From IMG/VR virus record IMGVR_UViG_3300022804_000001: a DNA stretch of 64,000 bases; one strand, given 5' to 3'. Position numbers and translations under genes: made by a program. This DNA comes from a virus. Positions 49,770 to 59,774 of this stretch are shown here, one piece after another (position 1 is the first letter of the stretch; each line of letters begins with the position of its first letter). The notes beneath the pieces are model-generated. The model did no database searches, was not told the DNA's origin, and saw nothing but the letters and a program-made list of their open reading frames with translations.

Positions 49770-51748
49770 TATGCACCTTTCATCCCCATAATCCGTTGAA
49801 GCTGGAAATCACTCCCATAAGAGTGGGTAAATCTAAACGATGTATCACTCACCCAACCCAGTGTCGCAGCAATACCACGAGTGTCTATTTCTACCAAATC
49901 CGAAGATGCTGCAAACGCTGTTGCTGGACACGCATTCCACGTCGGTCTGTTCCTACCCCGTGAACGAAAGAATAAAACTTTGTAGTCTGAAAACTTGCGA
50001 CCCGCATCCAGATTATGTGTCGCAGCCAGATCGTCAGCATCATCAGGACTAATATTACCTGTCCAAAGCGTCTCAAGATTATCACGAGGATCATTCGCCT
50101 CTACCATCAAAGAACTATTCAGTTTCAGGTATCGGTCCTGTATAGCAACATTACGAACCAATACATTGGATTTCTTGATATGACGGACAGTATACGTGCC
50201 ATCAAAATCACCAACACTAAATACTTCTGACCAAGTTCCCGAAAAAGTAAAAATACCATTACCACTCCGAACACCTGCTGAAGTTATTTCAAACACATTT
50301 AGATCACCAAACTGAAGCCTATCACCAACTGCCAAAGCTTCTATGTCTGATCGCTGATCTGTGCTATCAGAATCCGTTTCAAAGATTTTCAGCTCCCCAG
50401 ACTCTACATAAAATTGACCCGTTGCCGGAGAACTCGTCGATGTCCACCCCCACGAGCCGAATGTAGAATATATACCAACTTCTATTTCTACCGGTGTATC
50501 GCTCGAAGGTGCTACAACACTCAATGGACTTTCCGGTGTGCCATCTCCGTCAATAGTCGCATCCGTTGATACTGCTGTTAGCCAGTTCGACAATACATCT
50601 GCTGCTAACTTCGCAAGTTCAATCTCACCATTGCCAATGTTGAAACCGTGAATCGCACCCGCTATTATCGCCCGGTTCTCTTTGATATAGTAAAGCGTAT
50701 GACTACCTGATGTTGGAACCGTCCCCTTCAATACAGAGGCTGAAAATGAATAAACACCTGATGCATCCGTTGGGGCAGCGATAATCTCTACTATCGCACT
50801 TGTACCAATATGAAGATAATCTCCTAACGCTAAACTCCCAAGCACTCCCGAATTGTCAGCACTACTCCCATCCGTCATGTTGACATGCAGCGCATTGCTA
50901 CTCCAACCCGCATTACCCGATGTCGGATTCCCACTCGAACCAAATGTATACGAACCTATCGATAAAATCCGTCCGATTTCACCCGTCGCTTCATTTGAGA
51001 CAACACCAAGTGGACTATCTGATGTACCACTACCTTGAAGCGTGGCATCTGTTACAAGTGATGTAATACCGTCCGCACCGCGAATGTCTATCGCTAACGC
51101 AAGGTCTAATGTAAAACCATCTTCACCAAGATACTGATCAACCGCAGGTTTCGGATTCGTTCCACCCGACCAGTCTACAACTTTCAGAACACGCCTTGCG
51201 TTATCGCTTTCAACAGCAATTTCAGGTGTCCAAGCATTCGCACCCGCACCACCAGTACCACCCGCTTGACCAACGGGACCGCGTATATCAACCGCATCCG
51301 CTACCGCTGACACAAAACCAGCTGCTCCTACATATTGACCCGTCGCCGGTTTACTACCTCCTCCTCCTGTCCAATCAGATACTTGTAGCACACGACGCGT
51401 ATCGTCTGATACTGTCGCAAATACGGGTGTCCAACCATCATCACCATCATTGCCTTGTCCCGATGTGCCGGGAGAGGTAACATTGACCCAGTCCTCACCA
51501 TTTACTGAGATAAAACGCGCTTTGGTTGTCGTATTGATCCAGTACTGCGTTAAACCCGAAACTTGATCACTATCTGCAGGATCACTCGCTTCCGCATGGA
51601 TAATAGCCTTCGAAATAGCATTACGGAGAAGTAATGATGCTATGTCACGAAAACGACCACTCATGCTGAACACGATTGACATGCCACTGTCAAACACATT
51701 CGCTTCTAATATATCAGGAACATCTGATAACTGCCGTTCCGCCATCAA
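49769..51748 (-). CDS. tail fibre protein with internal repeats
   Basis: 659 aa. Duplicated W-TP...RRVL.V.DW.GG...P..GQY.G..G......A.DIRG module. Duplicated G(S/D)GT.(D/E)SPL.VV motif. Confidence 0.7.
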   Translation of the reverse strand: MMAERQLSDVPDILEANVFDSGMSIVFSMSGRFRDIASLLLRNAISKAIIHAEASDPADSDQVSGLTQYWINTTTKARFISVNGEDWVNVTSPGTSGQGNDGDDGWTPVFATVSDDTRRVLQVSDWTGGGGSKPATGQYVGAAGFVSAVADAVDIRGPVGQAGGTGGAGANAWTPEIAVESDNARRVLKVVDWSGGTNPKPAVDQYLGEDGFTLDLALAIDIRGADGITSLVTDATLQGSGTSDSPLGVVSNEATGEIGRILSIGSYTFGSSGNPTSGNAGWSSNALHVNMTDGSSADNSGVLGSLALGDYLHIGTSAIVEIIAAPTDASGVYSFSASVLKGTVPTSGSHTLYYIKENRAIIAGAIHGFNIGNGEIELAKLAADVLSNWLTAVSTDATIDGDGTPESPLSVVAPSSDTPVEIEVGIYSTFGSWGWTSTSSPATGQFYVESGELKIFETDSDSTDQRSDIEALAVGDRLQFGDLNVFEITSAGVRSGNGIFTFSGTWSEVFSVGDFDGTYTVRHIKKSNVLVRNVAIQDRYLKLNSSLMVEANDPRDNLETLWTGNISPDDADDLAATHNLDAGRKFSDYKVLFFRSRGRNRPTWNACPATAFAASSDLVEIDTRGIAATLGWVSDTSFRFTHSYGSDFQLQRIMGMKGA

Positions 51749-52314
51749 ATTACCTCTACAACACGAGTGCCTTCACTATCAACCAACTGATAACCATCCA
51801 AATCTACCAAGAATGTCCAAGATTCCGCTCGTGATACAAGCATAAAACCATCCGAATCTACAAGCCAATCACCGTTGCTGTCTACAAGATAAGGTAACAC
51901 CGGCATGTCCGGTTCACCTTGTTGACCATCCGGGAGTGGGTCCAACTCAAAGGCTAAGTAATGATCTCCTTCAAACTGCGGTGTAAAAACTAAATGAAAA
52001 AAATGTAAGCCCTCTTCTTCAGATAACGTCGGGGGGGTGATAGACACATTCCTCGGTGTCCTGTCTCTCCCAAGTTCAGGGGTGCCCGCTTCCAAATCCG
52101 CAATACTACCAAACCATAACGCACCCCACTCTACACCCGGACGACCCAAAACACCTATGTTATACTCAAAAGTTAAGGTATGCTCCTCTAAACCATCTAT
52201 CGAAATCTTACGAACCAACGTCACATCTAACGGAACACTGCTATCGCTGACACCACCATCACTATCAACCACAGGACGAGGAACTATCTCAAACTCAGTG
52301 ATGATCTCTGGCAT
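51745..52314 (-). CDS. hypothetical tail-module protein
   Basis: 189-aa ORF with an ATGA overlap. Confidence 0.55.
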   Translation of the reverse strand: MPEIITEFEIVPRPVVDSDGGVSDSSVPLDVTLVRKISIDGLEEHTLTFEYNIGVLGRPGVEWGALWFGSIADLEAGTPELGRDRTPRNVSITPPTLSEEEGLHFFHLVFTPQFEGDHYLAFELDPLPDGQQGEPDMPVLPYLVDSNGDWLVDSDGFMLVSRAESWTFLVDLDGYQLVDSEGTRVVEVI

Positions 52315-52853
52315 TAAGTATCACCTTCCTCGCGAACCAAGACACGACCAATAATGCCTAACTCAAAAGTTTGAGGCGTAAACGTGACCTCTACATAATG
52401 CTTACCTGTTTCCAATGAAGGTGTCTGTGGACTAAAAGATACATCTGTCGGCTCTTCCTCACTCGGAACAGATTGGGGTTGCTGTTCGCCATCTAAACGA
52501 TACCACTCCACATCAAATGACATTGCAGCGGGTGCATTCGCGACACGCCTATATGCAGCGACCACTTTCTTCGGTGCTCCCGCTGATACCTCTACCTGAC
52601 GAATAAACTCTACACTTGATCCTTCTTCAAAATGTTCAGATACCTCCTCCTTAAATAACTTGCCACCAACCTTTGTATAACGATAAAGCTTGTCTCCTTC
52701 CATAAAATGAGCACGCGTGCCTTCCGCTATACCCGATAAACTTGACTCCTTAGTCAGAAGCGGGATACATAACTCCCGCAAAGCAAGATTCACTTGTTGA
52801 AATGCGCGCTGCACATCTGATGGCACATTATGCGGAATTACTACGTTTCTCAT
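52314..52853 (-). CDS. hypothetical tail-module protein
   Basis: 179-aa ORF. Confidence 0.55.
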   Translation of the reverse strand: MRNVVIPHNVPSDVQRAFQQVNLALRELCIPLLTKESSLSGIAEGTRAHFMEGDKLYRYTKVGGKLFKEEVSEHFEEGSSVEFIRQVEVSAGAPKKVVAAYRRVANAPAAMSFDVEWYRLDGEQQPQSVPSEEEPTDVSFSPQTPSLETGKHYVEVTFTPQTFELGIIGRVLVREEGDT

Positions 52854-52862
52854 CTTTAGCCT

Positions 52863-53468
52863 CTAACGGGAAATATAATGCTCGCCCCAACACAACTCAA
52901 TCGTTTCACTACTTGAGAGAGCCGTTGGAAGCCGGTAGAACAATCTGTCAACTCTACTAAACGGGATCTTCATAAATCTACCTGCCCGAACCTTGCCAAG
53001 CAGCTTCCTAGTAGACGGGGTATACGCGTCCTCTGCTGTAACACCAAACTCAACAAGACCATCAGATTCCTCATCATTGGTAACTACAAACATATTGATT
53101 ATATGGGGAAATAGAACAAACTGTAGACTCGATTCAATCCCCGAATTTTTGATACCTTCAATATCATCTATAGGCTTGGTAAACTCTACTTCTTGACCAT
53201 CATGATTGAGAATTTGTAGATACTGTTTATATCCCTCGTTAAGTATGACTAAATGCCATTCCTTAATCTCAAGCACATCGCTACGAAGTGTACCAATATT
53301 GAGTTTCCGATCGTTATCATCTACAAGCGCACCCGTGTTCGCATGTGGCATCAATCGATACCAAGCATTCGCTGAAAGTGAGTCATCTAATTCTAAACAT
53401 CCACCGAGTGCGTTTCCTTGTCGAATAGGTGTCGGAACCCGATTAAGGTCTCGTGAATAAATTGACAT
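52863..53468 (-). CDS. virion structural protein (tail candidate)
   Basis: 201-aa ORF. The call rests on position only. Confidence 0.5.
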   Translation of the reverse strand: MSIYSRDLNRVPTPIRQGNALGGCLELDDSLSANAWYRLMPHANTGALVDDNDRKLNIGTLRSDVLEIKEWHLVILNEGYKQYLQILNHDGQEVEFTKPIDDIEGIKNSGIESSLQFVLFPHIINMFVVTNDEESDGLVEFGVTAEDAYTPSTRKLLGKVRAGRFMKIPFSRVDRLFYRLPTALSSSETIELCWGEHYISR

Positions 53469-53470
53469 GC

Positions 53471-55156
53471 TCAGCTCCTAAATAATTCGTTTGTCATAAT
53501 ACGATCTATAGGGGCATCACTCTCAGTCGCTATTTCAACAGTGAAATTGCGACCACGTAGGTTGACACCAAGCCGTTGACTCCAGACATCTGATGTTTGT
53601 TCCACAACAATTTGTCCACTTTCTTCACCTTGTTCAGTTTTCGCGATAACATCAATCACAGCTGGACCCATCGCGTACACATGAACAGACCGAAACTTAT
53701 CGTGTGTCCGCCGCAGTTCAGGGTTGCTACGCCACGTTCTGCGAATTCCTGCACCATCATCGGTATCACCTACAAACAACAGAAACAGTCGTCCATCTAT
53801 GACTGTAAAAAGTCTCTCAGGATACCCTTTACTGATGGATCTCACAGCATATCTGTCTTGCCACCATCGCCTGTATTCCGTATCATACATAAGCGTTGTG
53901 TTTGGATATCCGCTAACACTTTCTTCCAAACTTGACGGAATACTGATAAAATAATCCTTTTCGTAGGTGAAAGCGACAACACGTGATATTTCAGGTTCAC
54001 CCATATTCGTTACCGGCAATACTATCGCATCAAAGATCGCTTGAACAGGATCGCTGATCGTGCGTGCTGTCCGGCTATTGAACCGATACACATACCGATT
54101 AGATGCCAGAAAAAAGTGTTCCCCTCCCATATCCACGACCGATTCCGGCGCAATACAGCCAATACGGACGCCTCTATCGTCCTGCGGCGCAATAAAATCT
54201 ACCACCTGGTGTAACTCTGCAAGCGGATCCGTCGAGATGAGCTGGATTTGATTTGTCGCATAAACAACCAGCAAGTTATCACGAATAAACCGCAACCCTG
54301 TAATAAATCCTTCGCCTAAATCTAAATCAATAAAATCCGTAAAGTTTTGGAACAACTTTTCAGCGGTCGCAGCATCATAATACGAAAGCCAGACACGATT
54401 TGACCTCTCGGATGCAGCATAAAGCCGAAATTCGTTAGTATCCGCATACAGAAAATTCGGTTGGCCGCTACCAACATGGATCAGTTCCGGGTAACTTTTT
54501 ACATTGTAATCTGTCAATTCAAAGGTGTAACGCAGCCGTGTGTCCTCTACAGGAAACCGCGCCATCCAATACCAATATTCACCCGACTCATCTGATATAT
54601 CTTGATTACGAAGCGCACGATACACATCTACATAAACACCTTCTGGCAAATTAGATGTTAGCTCTATATCAACCGTCGTTCTTACCTGCTCCGCTACGTC
54701 CGGTTCCAGATCGTTGATCGCGTTACCTTCACTGCTGATGTCCGTAACGATATTGTCTATCCGGATCGACTCACTGGGTTCAGAAACAACAACCTTCTCT
54801 GTTAAAAGTTCAAAAACATCCGCTTTACGTTGTCCCGGATATGCACCTTGATGATCCTCAAGGTCGTCCTGGTCTCCTGTAAGTTTTACATACTGCAATC
54901 GAAGTCTAATCGATTGAAATCCAAAATCATCATTGGGCAGCTCTGTTAAGGTGCTGATGGACACTATTCTCGGTTCATCCGGTTTCGGCAAATAAAATGC
55001 AGACACCTTCGGCACATTCGGCGGATCCGGCACTTCCACAACAAAAGAACCTTTGTTTGTGCCAATAAACACAAGATTATCAAGTGCCTGAAACACGACA
55101 CGTTCATCGCCTTCCTTAATCAAGTAGCCACCTTCGGCAAAATCTTGTAAAGCCAT
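53471..55156 (-). CDS. large virion structural protein (tail tube/nozzle candidate)
   Basis: 561-aa ORF, beta-rich. The call rests on position only. Confidence 0.5.
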   Translation of the reverse strand: MALQDFAEGGYLIKEGDERVVFQALDNLVFIGTNKGSFVVEVPDPPNVPKVSAFYLPKPDEPRIVSISTLTELPNDDFGFQSIRLRLQYVKLTGDQDDLEDHQGAYPGQRKADVFELLTEKVVVSEPSESIRIDNIVTDISSEGNAINDLEPDVAEQVRTTVDIELTSNLPEGVYVDVYRALRNQDISDESGEYWYWMARFPVEDTRLRYTFELTDYNVKSYPELIHVGSGQPNFLYADTNEFRLYAASERSNRVWLSYYDAATAEKLFQNFTDFIDLDLGEGFITGLRFIRDNLLVVYATNQIQLISTDPLAELHQVVDFIAPQDDRGVRIGCIAPESVVDMGGEHFFLASNRYVYRFNSRTARTISDPVQAIFDAIVLPVTNMGEPEISRVVAFTYEKDYFISIPSSLEESVSGYPNTTLMYDTEYRRWWQDRYAVRSISKGYPERLFTVIDGRLFLLFVGDTDDGAGIRRTWRSNPELRRTHDKFRSVHVYAMGPAVIDVIAKTEQGEESGQIVVEQTSDVWSQRLGVNLRGRNFTVEIATESDAPIDRIMTNELFRS

Positions 55157-55160
55157 CGTT

Positions 55161-56717
55161 CTATGAATCGCTTTGCCACGGGAACGTTTCTAATGTGCCA
55201 CCTACAATAGTGGGTGCTGTGCCCGGTTGCCATACACCACTTCGATACCATAATGCTAAATCAAATGATAATGATGAAGCATCCGCACCGTAAGCTTTGA
55301 TAAGAAAACTATAGTTATCGGTGCGTAGTCCTCGCCGCACATTTTCCGCATATTCTGCATCAGAACCGTCATCATTCACTGCAGAAGTGTCGTCAGAATC
55401 ACCGATACTCACTATAATAGAAAGATTTGCATCAGAAGCAGTGGCTATTACCGCTTTTTCTATCGCCATCAAAGCAGCCGCGGTGCCTTCTTCAAAAGTG
55501 GTAAAACGTACTTCTTCATTTGGACCAGGATACCCGATGGGGACAGGCGGTGTGAAATATGCCGCCGCCGTCGGTGTCCCCGTTGCTTCTGCTTCCCTAT
55601 CCGTTGCCGCGATACCCTGAATAGAACACATAATATCTTCAGATCCAAATTGAATGTATCTACCGTTACTCACATTCCATCGGTGCGCTGTAATACCATC
55701 TGAGGAATTTCTTTCTGAAACAACTATCCTGGGCAACCAAATACCCCTTTTTATCACGATTTCGCCCCCTATTTCTGTCCGTGGTTGTGGTTGTTCTTCT
55801 GTGATTGTTGATACAGGATGCAAATAAGGTATAACAAGTTCATTTGACGCCTCATTTGCATTCCCTGCCGCATCTTCGGCAACACCCGCTGGAATGGATA
55901 TTTTTATTTCACCATCCGATGTCAATTCTGGTGTAACCGTTGCTGTATACAAACGTCCATTCGTGCTTGAAAAATTACTCAGTGATGCCCCTTCAATCGA
56001 CGGATCACTTTCAACAAAATTACGAACACTTTCTGAATACGCGATTGCCAGTGTGAAGGCTTCTGATACAATCACACTGCCTGTCCGTGTCAATGTTACC
56101 GTCGGGGCTGTCGTATCCGATACCGCAGGCATCATCGTATCAGGTCTACGATAAAATACTGACCCTTGAAGAGACGCTTGATTGCCATTCCCTGCCGCAT
56201 CTTGTGCAACATTCGCAGCAATACTGACCGTTATTAATCCGCTGTCCGTCAGTGTAGGTGTGATTAATAGAATATAGGTTGTATTGTTACCACTAAATTC
56301 ACTAACAGTTCCACCCGCTACTGTTACATCATCGGCTGTAAAACCAAAGACAGGTTCAGAAAACTTGATACCCAAGACAAATGGGCCCGTTACGGATTCA
56401 CCAATCTCTACACCAAACGCAATAGCAACAGTCGGACGCGTCGTATCTGGAACATCCGGGACGACCGGCGTTTCGCCTAACGTAATTGTGGCACGCTCAG
56501 ACGGCTCGCTTAAGCCAACCGCATTCACCGCAAAAACTTCAAATTCATAATCATTCTCAGCAAGCCCAGCAATAATCTCAAACAGATCGTCAGCACCCGC
56601 AGAAATATAATCTGACCACGTTTCTTCCCCGATGACACGATACCGATACTGATAATCTGTAATAGGAGAACCGCCATCATTCAACGGACGATCCCATTCT
56701 ATTCGGACATTCGCCAT
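55161..56717 (-). CDS. FN3 + two Ig-like domain virion decoration/fibre protein
   Basis: 518 aa. N-terminal FN3 signature (VRIEWDRPLNDGGSPITDYQYRYR...YEFEVFAVNAVGLSEPS). Two repeats of F..I.FSE.V.GF..DD..V.GG...F......Y...TP.L...G.I.VSI.A.VA.DAAGN.N.AS. Confidence 0.7.
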   Translation of the reverse strand: MANVRIEWDRPLNDGGSPITDYQYRYRVIGEETWSDYISAGADDLFEIIAGLAENDYEFEVFAVNAVGLSEPSERATITLGETPVVPDVPDTTRPTVAIAFGVEIGESVTGPFVLGIKFSEPVFGFTADDVTVAGGTVSEFSGNNTTYILLITPTLTDSGLITVSIAANVAQDAAGNGNQASLQGSVFYRRPDTMMPAVSDTTAPTVTLTRTGSVIVSEAFTLAIAYSESVRNFVESDPSIEGASLSNFSSTNGRLYTATVTPELTSDGEIKISIPAGVAEDAAGNANEASNELVIPYLHPVSTITEEQPQPRTEIGGEIVIKRGIWLPRIVVSERNSSDGITAHRWNVSNGRYIQFGSEDIMCSIQGIAATDREAEATGTPTAAAYFTPPVPIGYPGPNEEVRFTTFEEGTAAALMAIEKAVIATASDANLSIIVSIGDSDDTSAVNDDGSDAEYAENVRRGLRTDNYSFLIKAYGADASSLSFDLALWYRSGVWQPGTAPTIVGGTLETFPWQSDS

Positions 56718-56718
56718 A

Positions 56719-57132
56719 TTATTCCTCTACGCGAGACACACGGACATTTTGTGGCGTGCCCGATACTGTTGCCCCAGATTCGTCCAATGTTACGCGTATA
56801 TTCCGAGGTGCACTTGATGCCACCGCTGCCAAAAGACTCGCACGCACGCTGCGAGGCGACCCCGGTTCTATGATCGCCTTGATAAAATCTTCATCAGATA
56901 GACGTGTCCACTTCAACCTCCCATTCACAACCACAAGCAAAACTGACCGGTAGGCAAAAACTTCCGTGATACCGGCTTCATCTAAAAGACGCGTCATACC
57001 CTCGCGACGCACAAGCCACCCTTGTTTATCAGAGCGACAGTCCCGGCAAAAAGCAGCATACGCTTCTCGCCCGCGTGAAGCATGTTCTGCAGGATTGGTT
57101 ACCAGACCACCAGCAAACGTCGTCACTTCCAT
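56719..57132 (-). CDS. hypothetical virion-module protein
   Basis: 137-aa ORF. Confidence 0.55.
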   Translation of the reverse strand: MEVTTFAGGLVTNPAEHASRGREAYAAFCRDCRSDKQGWLVRREGMTRLLDEAGITEVFAYRSVLLVVVNGRLKWTRLSDEDFIKAIIEPGSPRSVRASLLAAVASSAPRNIRVTLDESGATVSGTPQNVRVSRVEE

Positions 57133-57606
57133 TTATAACTTTTGTCCTACTAAAGCAGTGCCCTGTTCAAGACCGTTTTTGAAATCATTGATAAACTCTT
57201 CCATTTCAACCTTGCCGGTCACTTCTGCTTCATGAAAAACGTCCATCTCCTCCTCAGTGATATGCTGAATTTCATCATCTATATCAAGCGGTTCATAGGT
57301 TTTCTTAAACACATCCGCAGACACCACCCCTATGTAAACAGCACCCGTTGCTGGGTCGGTATACCTAATTTCCCAGTCCCCTACATTCCCTATGAAAATC
57401 TCTCCGCCACCATCAACACGATAAGGTGTTTGATAACGCGTTTCTATCGCAAGCTCAAAAGCATCAACCATTTTCTGGGGGTTCTGAATTTCCCTAAACT
57501 TCGCCATCTGCTTCAGTTTCCTCCGGTATCCCTCGGTAATCGCCTGTTCGCCTACGAGACGCATGCCGATCTGGAACTTCCTGGTATATGTCATGAAATT
57601 CTGCAT
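57133..57606 (-). CDS. hypothetical protein (start uncertain)
   Basis: 157-aa maximal ORF. Internal starts at 57564 and 57507 would reduce the overlap with 57494-57706 to as little as 14 nt. Confidence 0.5.
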   Translation of the reverse strand: MQNFMTYTRKFQIGMRLVGEQAITEGYRRKLKQMAKFREIQNPQKMVDAFELAIETRYQTPYRVDGGGEIFIGNVGDWEIRYTDPATGAVYIGVVSADVFKKTYEPLDIDDEIQHITEEEMDVFHEAEVTGKVEMEEFINDFKNGLEQGTALVGQKL

Positions 57607-57706
57607 CGCTGACTTTCATTTCATTCCCATTGCGATCAGTAATTATCCAGTTTCCATCCGCCTGCTGTTCAGCATCCCACATCTCTACTCTCTTTTTAAC
57701 TAACAT
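57494..57706 (-). CDS. hypothetical small protein
   Basis: 70-aa ORF. WIITDRNGNEMKVSDAEFHDIYQEV resembles WEIRYTDPATGAVYIGVVSADVFKKTYEPL in the next gene. Confidence 0.5.
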   Translation of the reverse strand: MLVKKRVEMWDAEQQADGNWIITDRNGNEMKVSDAEFHDIYQEVPDRHASRRRTGDYRGIPEETEADGEV

Positions 57707-57714
57707 GTTTCCTC

Positions 57715-58896
57715 CTAAAATGCGCGACCCGTAAAACGCCCGTTTCTATAGTTAACATACGGACCGCGTCGGTTAGAAAGTCGAACGCGCTTAGGGACAC
57801 GTTGAATATCACCACGCGTTTTGAGCGTGGCTTGCGCACGTGCATACATAATATCGCGCTTCGAACGTGCTTCATAATCGTTCGCCGCTCCCAGATTATA
57901 CTGTCCTTTCCGCATCGCCTTCTCTAATGTCATGTCAATAATCGTTGGATGATACCGAGCCGGCGGATAATAAGGTAAAGCAAGCTCTTCATCACGATTC
58001 AGCACGGGTGGACACGTGTTGCGATAATAATCTATTTCAAGATCGTTTTTCATGCAGTGTAGTTGTATCCACGCCGCGTTTGCCCCATCTGTTGTATCCA
58101 CGCCAATTTGCACACCGGGACCTTGATACAAACCACGATCCGCGTTGCGGTAATCCGCATCACTGTGTAGCTGCATGCGCCAACTCACAACATTATCCAA
58201 AAGCGTTACAGGAGCATTTGTAAAATCAAATAGCACCCATTCAGGTTCAACATTCACCGTCAATGCCGGAATAGGATGTGATTTCAACGTGTATTCACTC
58301 ACAGAATCACCTTCCGCTGCTGTCGGTGTCATCCACATCTGCATATCACCAGGATACGGGTGTCCCTCACGTTTTAGCCAGACACCGATATGACTGATCT
58401 CAGCACGCGGTTCATCCGTATTTTCAAGTTCTAAACTAAATTGGGATTCGTAAACCGCCTCATCTTCAAATATGTTTACAAACTCGGTGCCTTCCCCTGA
58501 AAAAGTGCGTTCATAGAAAGCCCTTTTGTCAGGTACAGGATATAAACCTATTTTATCTTGAAAAATATAAAATTCTGATGGCTCACCTATGTAGAAAATA
58601 GAGCCGTGTGCAGTAAGCAAAGTCTGTTTATCTACATAAATGAGCGGTTCAGGTTTCGTTGAATACTGATCCTGGTATCGCACATCGATGAGTTCTCCAA
58701 AATCATCCGGAAGCAAATATTCCTGTACACCTGGCAACGTCGTTGTTTTCACTTCTGCTGGAACAGACAATGCCTCGCGGGCATGACGTGTGAGCGCAAA
58801 CTCCGCCCACCGCACAAGTTCATCTTCTTTCCAGTGTCCGTTGCGTTCACCAAGCTCATCGTAGACACTTTGGAGAATCTCATTCAATGATGCCAT
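57715..58896 (-). CDS. virion structural protein (head-tail adaptor candidate)
   Basis: 393-aa ORF two genes downstream of the capsid gene. The N-terminal pattern ...PGVQEYLLPDDFGELIDV is reminiscent of adaptor/connector families. Weak evidence. Confidence 0.45.
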   Translation of the reverse strand: MASLNEILQSVYDELGERNGHWKEDELVRWAEFALTRHAREALSVPAEVKTTTLPGVQEYLLPDDFGELIDVRYQDQYSTKPEPLIYVDKQTLLTAHGSIFYIGEPSEFYIFQDKIGLYPVPDKRAFYERTFSGEGTEFVNIFEDEAVYESQFSLELENTDEPRAEISHIGVWLKREGHPYPGDMQMWMTPTAAEGDSVSEYTLKSHPIPALTVNVEPEWVLFDFTNAPVTLLDNVVSWRMQLHSDADYRNADRGLYQGPGVQIGVDTTDGANAAWIQLHCMKNDLEIDYYRNTCPPVLNRDEELALPYYPPARYHPTIIDMTLEKAMRKGQYNLGAANDYEARSKRDIMYARAQATLKTRGDIQRVPKRVRLSNRRGPYVNYRNGRFTGRAF

Positions 58897-58904
58897 ACTG
58901 ACCT

Positions 58905-59762
58905 CTATTCAGCGGCAGGTGCGACTGTTGAAGCTGTGTAACCCAGATCCGTACGTGTTGGTACTTCTCCAGGCATCAGTTCACACTCAATTAGAGCGGG
59001 AATGATGAGCGAAGCATTATCAGTCGCTAATGTCACTGTATCCAGAGCGGTTGCCGTCTTGTGTTCAGTTGTATCCGTGCCAGGAGCAACCGCACCACTA
59101 ATGGCACTGTTAATAGTCGCAACAGTTGTGAGATCGTCGCCTGCCGTGACTGCAACATTCGTAGTGGCAGCACCTAACTTAATAGCACCCGTCAAACAAT
59201 ACCCACCCCAAAAATACTCGTTCATTTTCAAACCATCCCACTGCTGAACCACCGCTGAAGTCGCTTTATCCAGCTGAGTGGTCTTACGAGCAAACCAGGG
59301 AGCAAATATCTTAATATCAGAATCAGTGCCAAGCGCAGTTGTCAATGTGCCCTCTTTCGTCAACCATTCAACAACTAACTTATGATCTTCAATATCAATA
59401 ATCACAGCAATCTGTCCAACACCAGCACCACCGGTGACATGCAACATCGCAAACTCTTTTTGTCGAGAGCGGTTCTTAACATGTCGTAGGTTAGATGAAC
59501 TTCCAAGCAACTCCACGCTGTCGCCGACATTTATTTCTTTCGTGCCAGCTGACGCAGCGTTAGCAAGGTTGGTAATCGTGAACATCTCATACCACGGTTC
59601 AACAGTATCACCATAGTCAAGGTCGTTACCAGCTTTGAGATACTGCCATACATACCCTGTTTCCTGGTCACGAAATATTGAACCCAGAGGATGCACAGGC
59701 TCATCATGCACATCCAGTAAACCTTGATCACCCGCACGGGCAACTTGAGGGATTAAAGCCAT
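58905..59762 (-). CDS. capsid-associated protein (decoration candidate)
   Basis: 285-aa ORF directly after the major capsid gene. Ala/Thr-rich C-terminal half. Confidence 0.45.
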   Translation of the reverse strand: MALIPQVARAGDQGLLDVHDEPVHPLGSIFRDQETGYVWQYLKAGNDLDYGDTVEPWYEMFTITNLANAASAGTKEINVGDSVELLGSSSNLRHVKNRSRQKEFAMLHVTGGAGVGQIAVIIDIEDHKLVVEWLTKEGTLTTALGTDSDIKIFAPWFARKTTQLDKATSAVVQQWDGLKMNEYFWGGYCLTGAIKLGAATTNVAVTAGDDLTTVATINSAISGAVAPGTDTTEHKTATALDTVTLATDNASLIIPALIECELMPGEVPTRTDLGYTASTVAPAAE

Positions 59763-59774
59763 CAGTGTCCTCCT

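Noticed and set aside
45667-51748. Diversity-generating retroelement acting on the fibre / receptor-binding genes
   Set aside because: There is no reverse transcriptase ORF and no template/variable repeat pair visible anywhere in the window.
56719-56740. Read-through or frameshift fusing 56719-57132 to the FN3 protein (C-terminal NIRV/NVRV strands resemble the FN3 start ANVRIEW)
   Set aside because: The genes are separated by TAA plus 1 nt with a normal ATG. There is no slippery sequence and the similarity is only a few residues.
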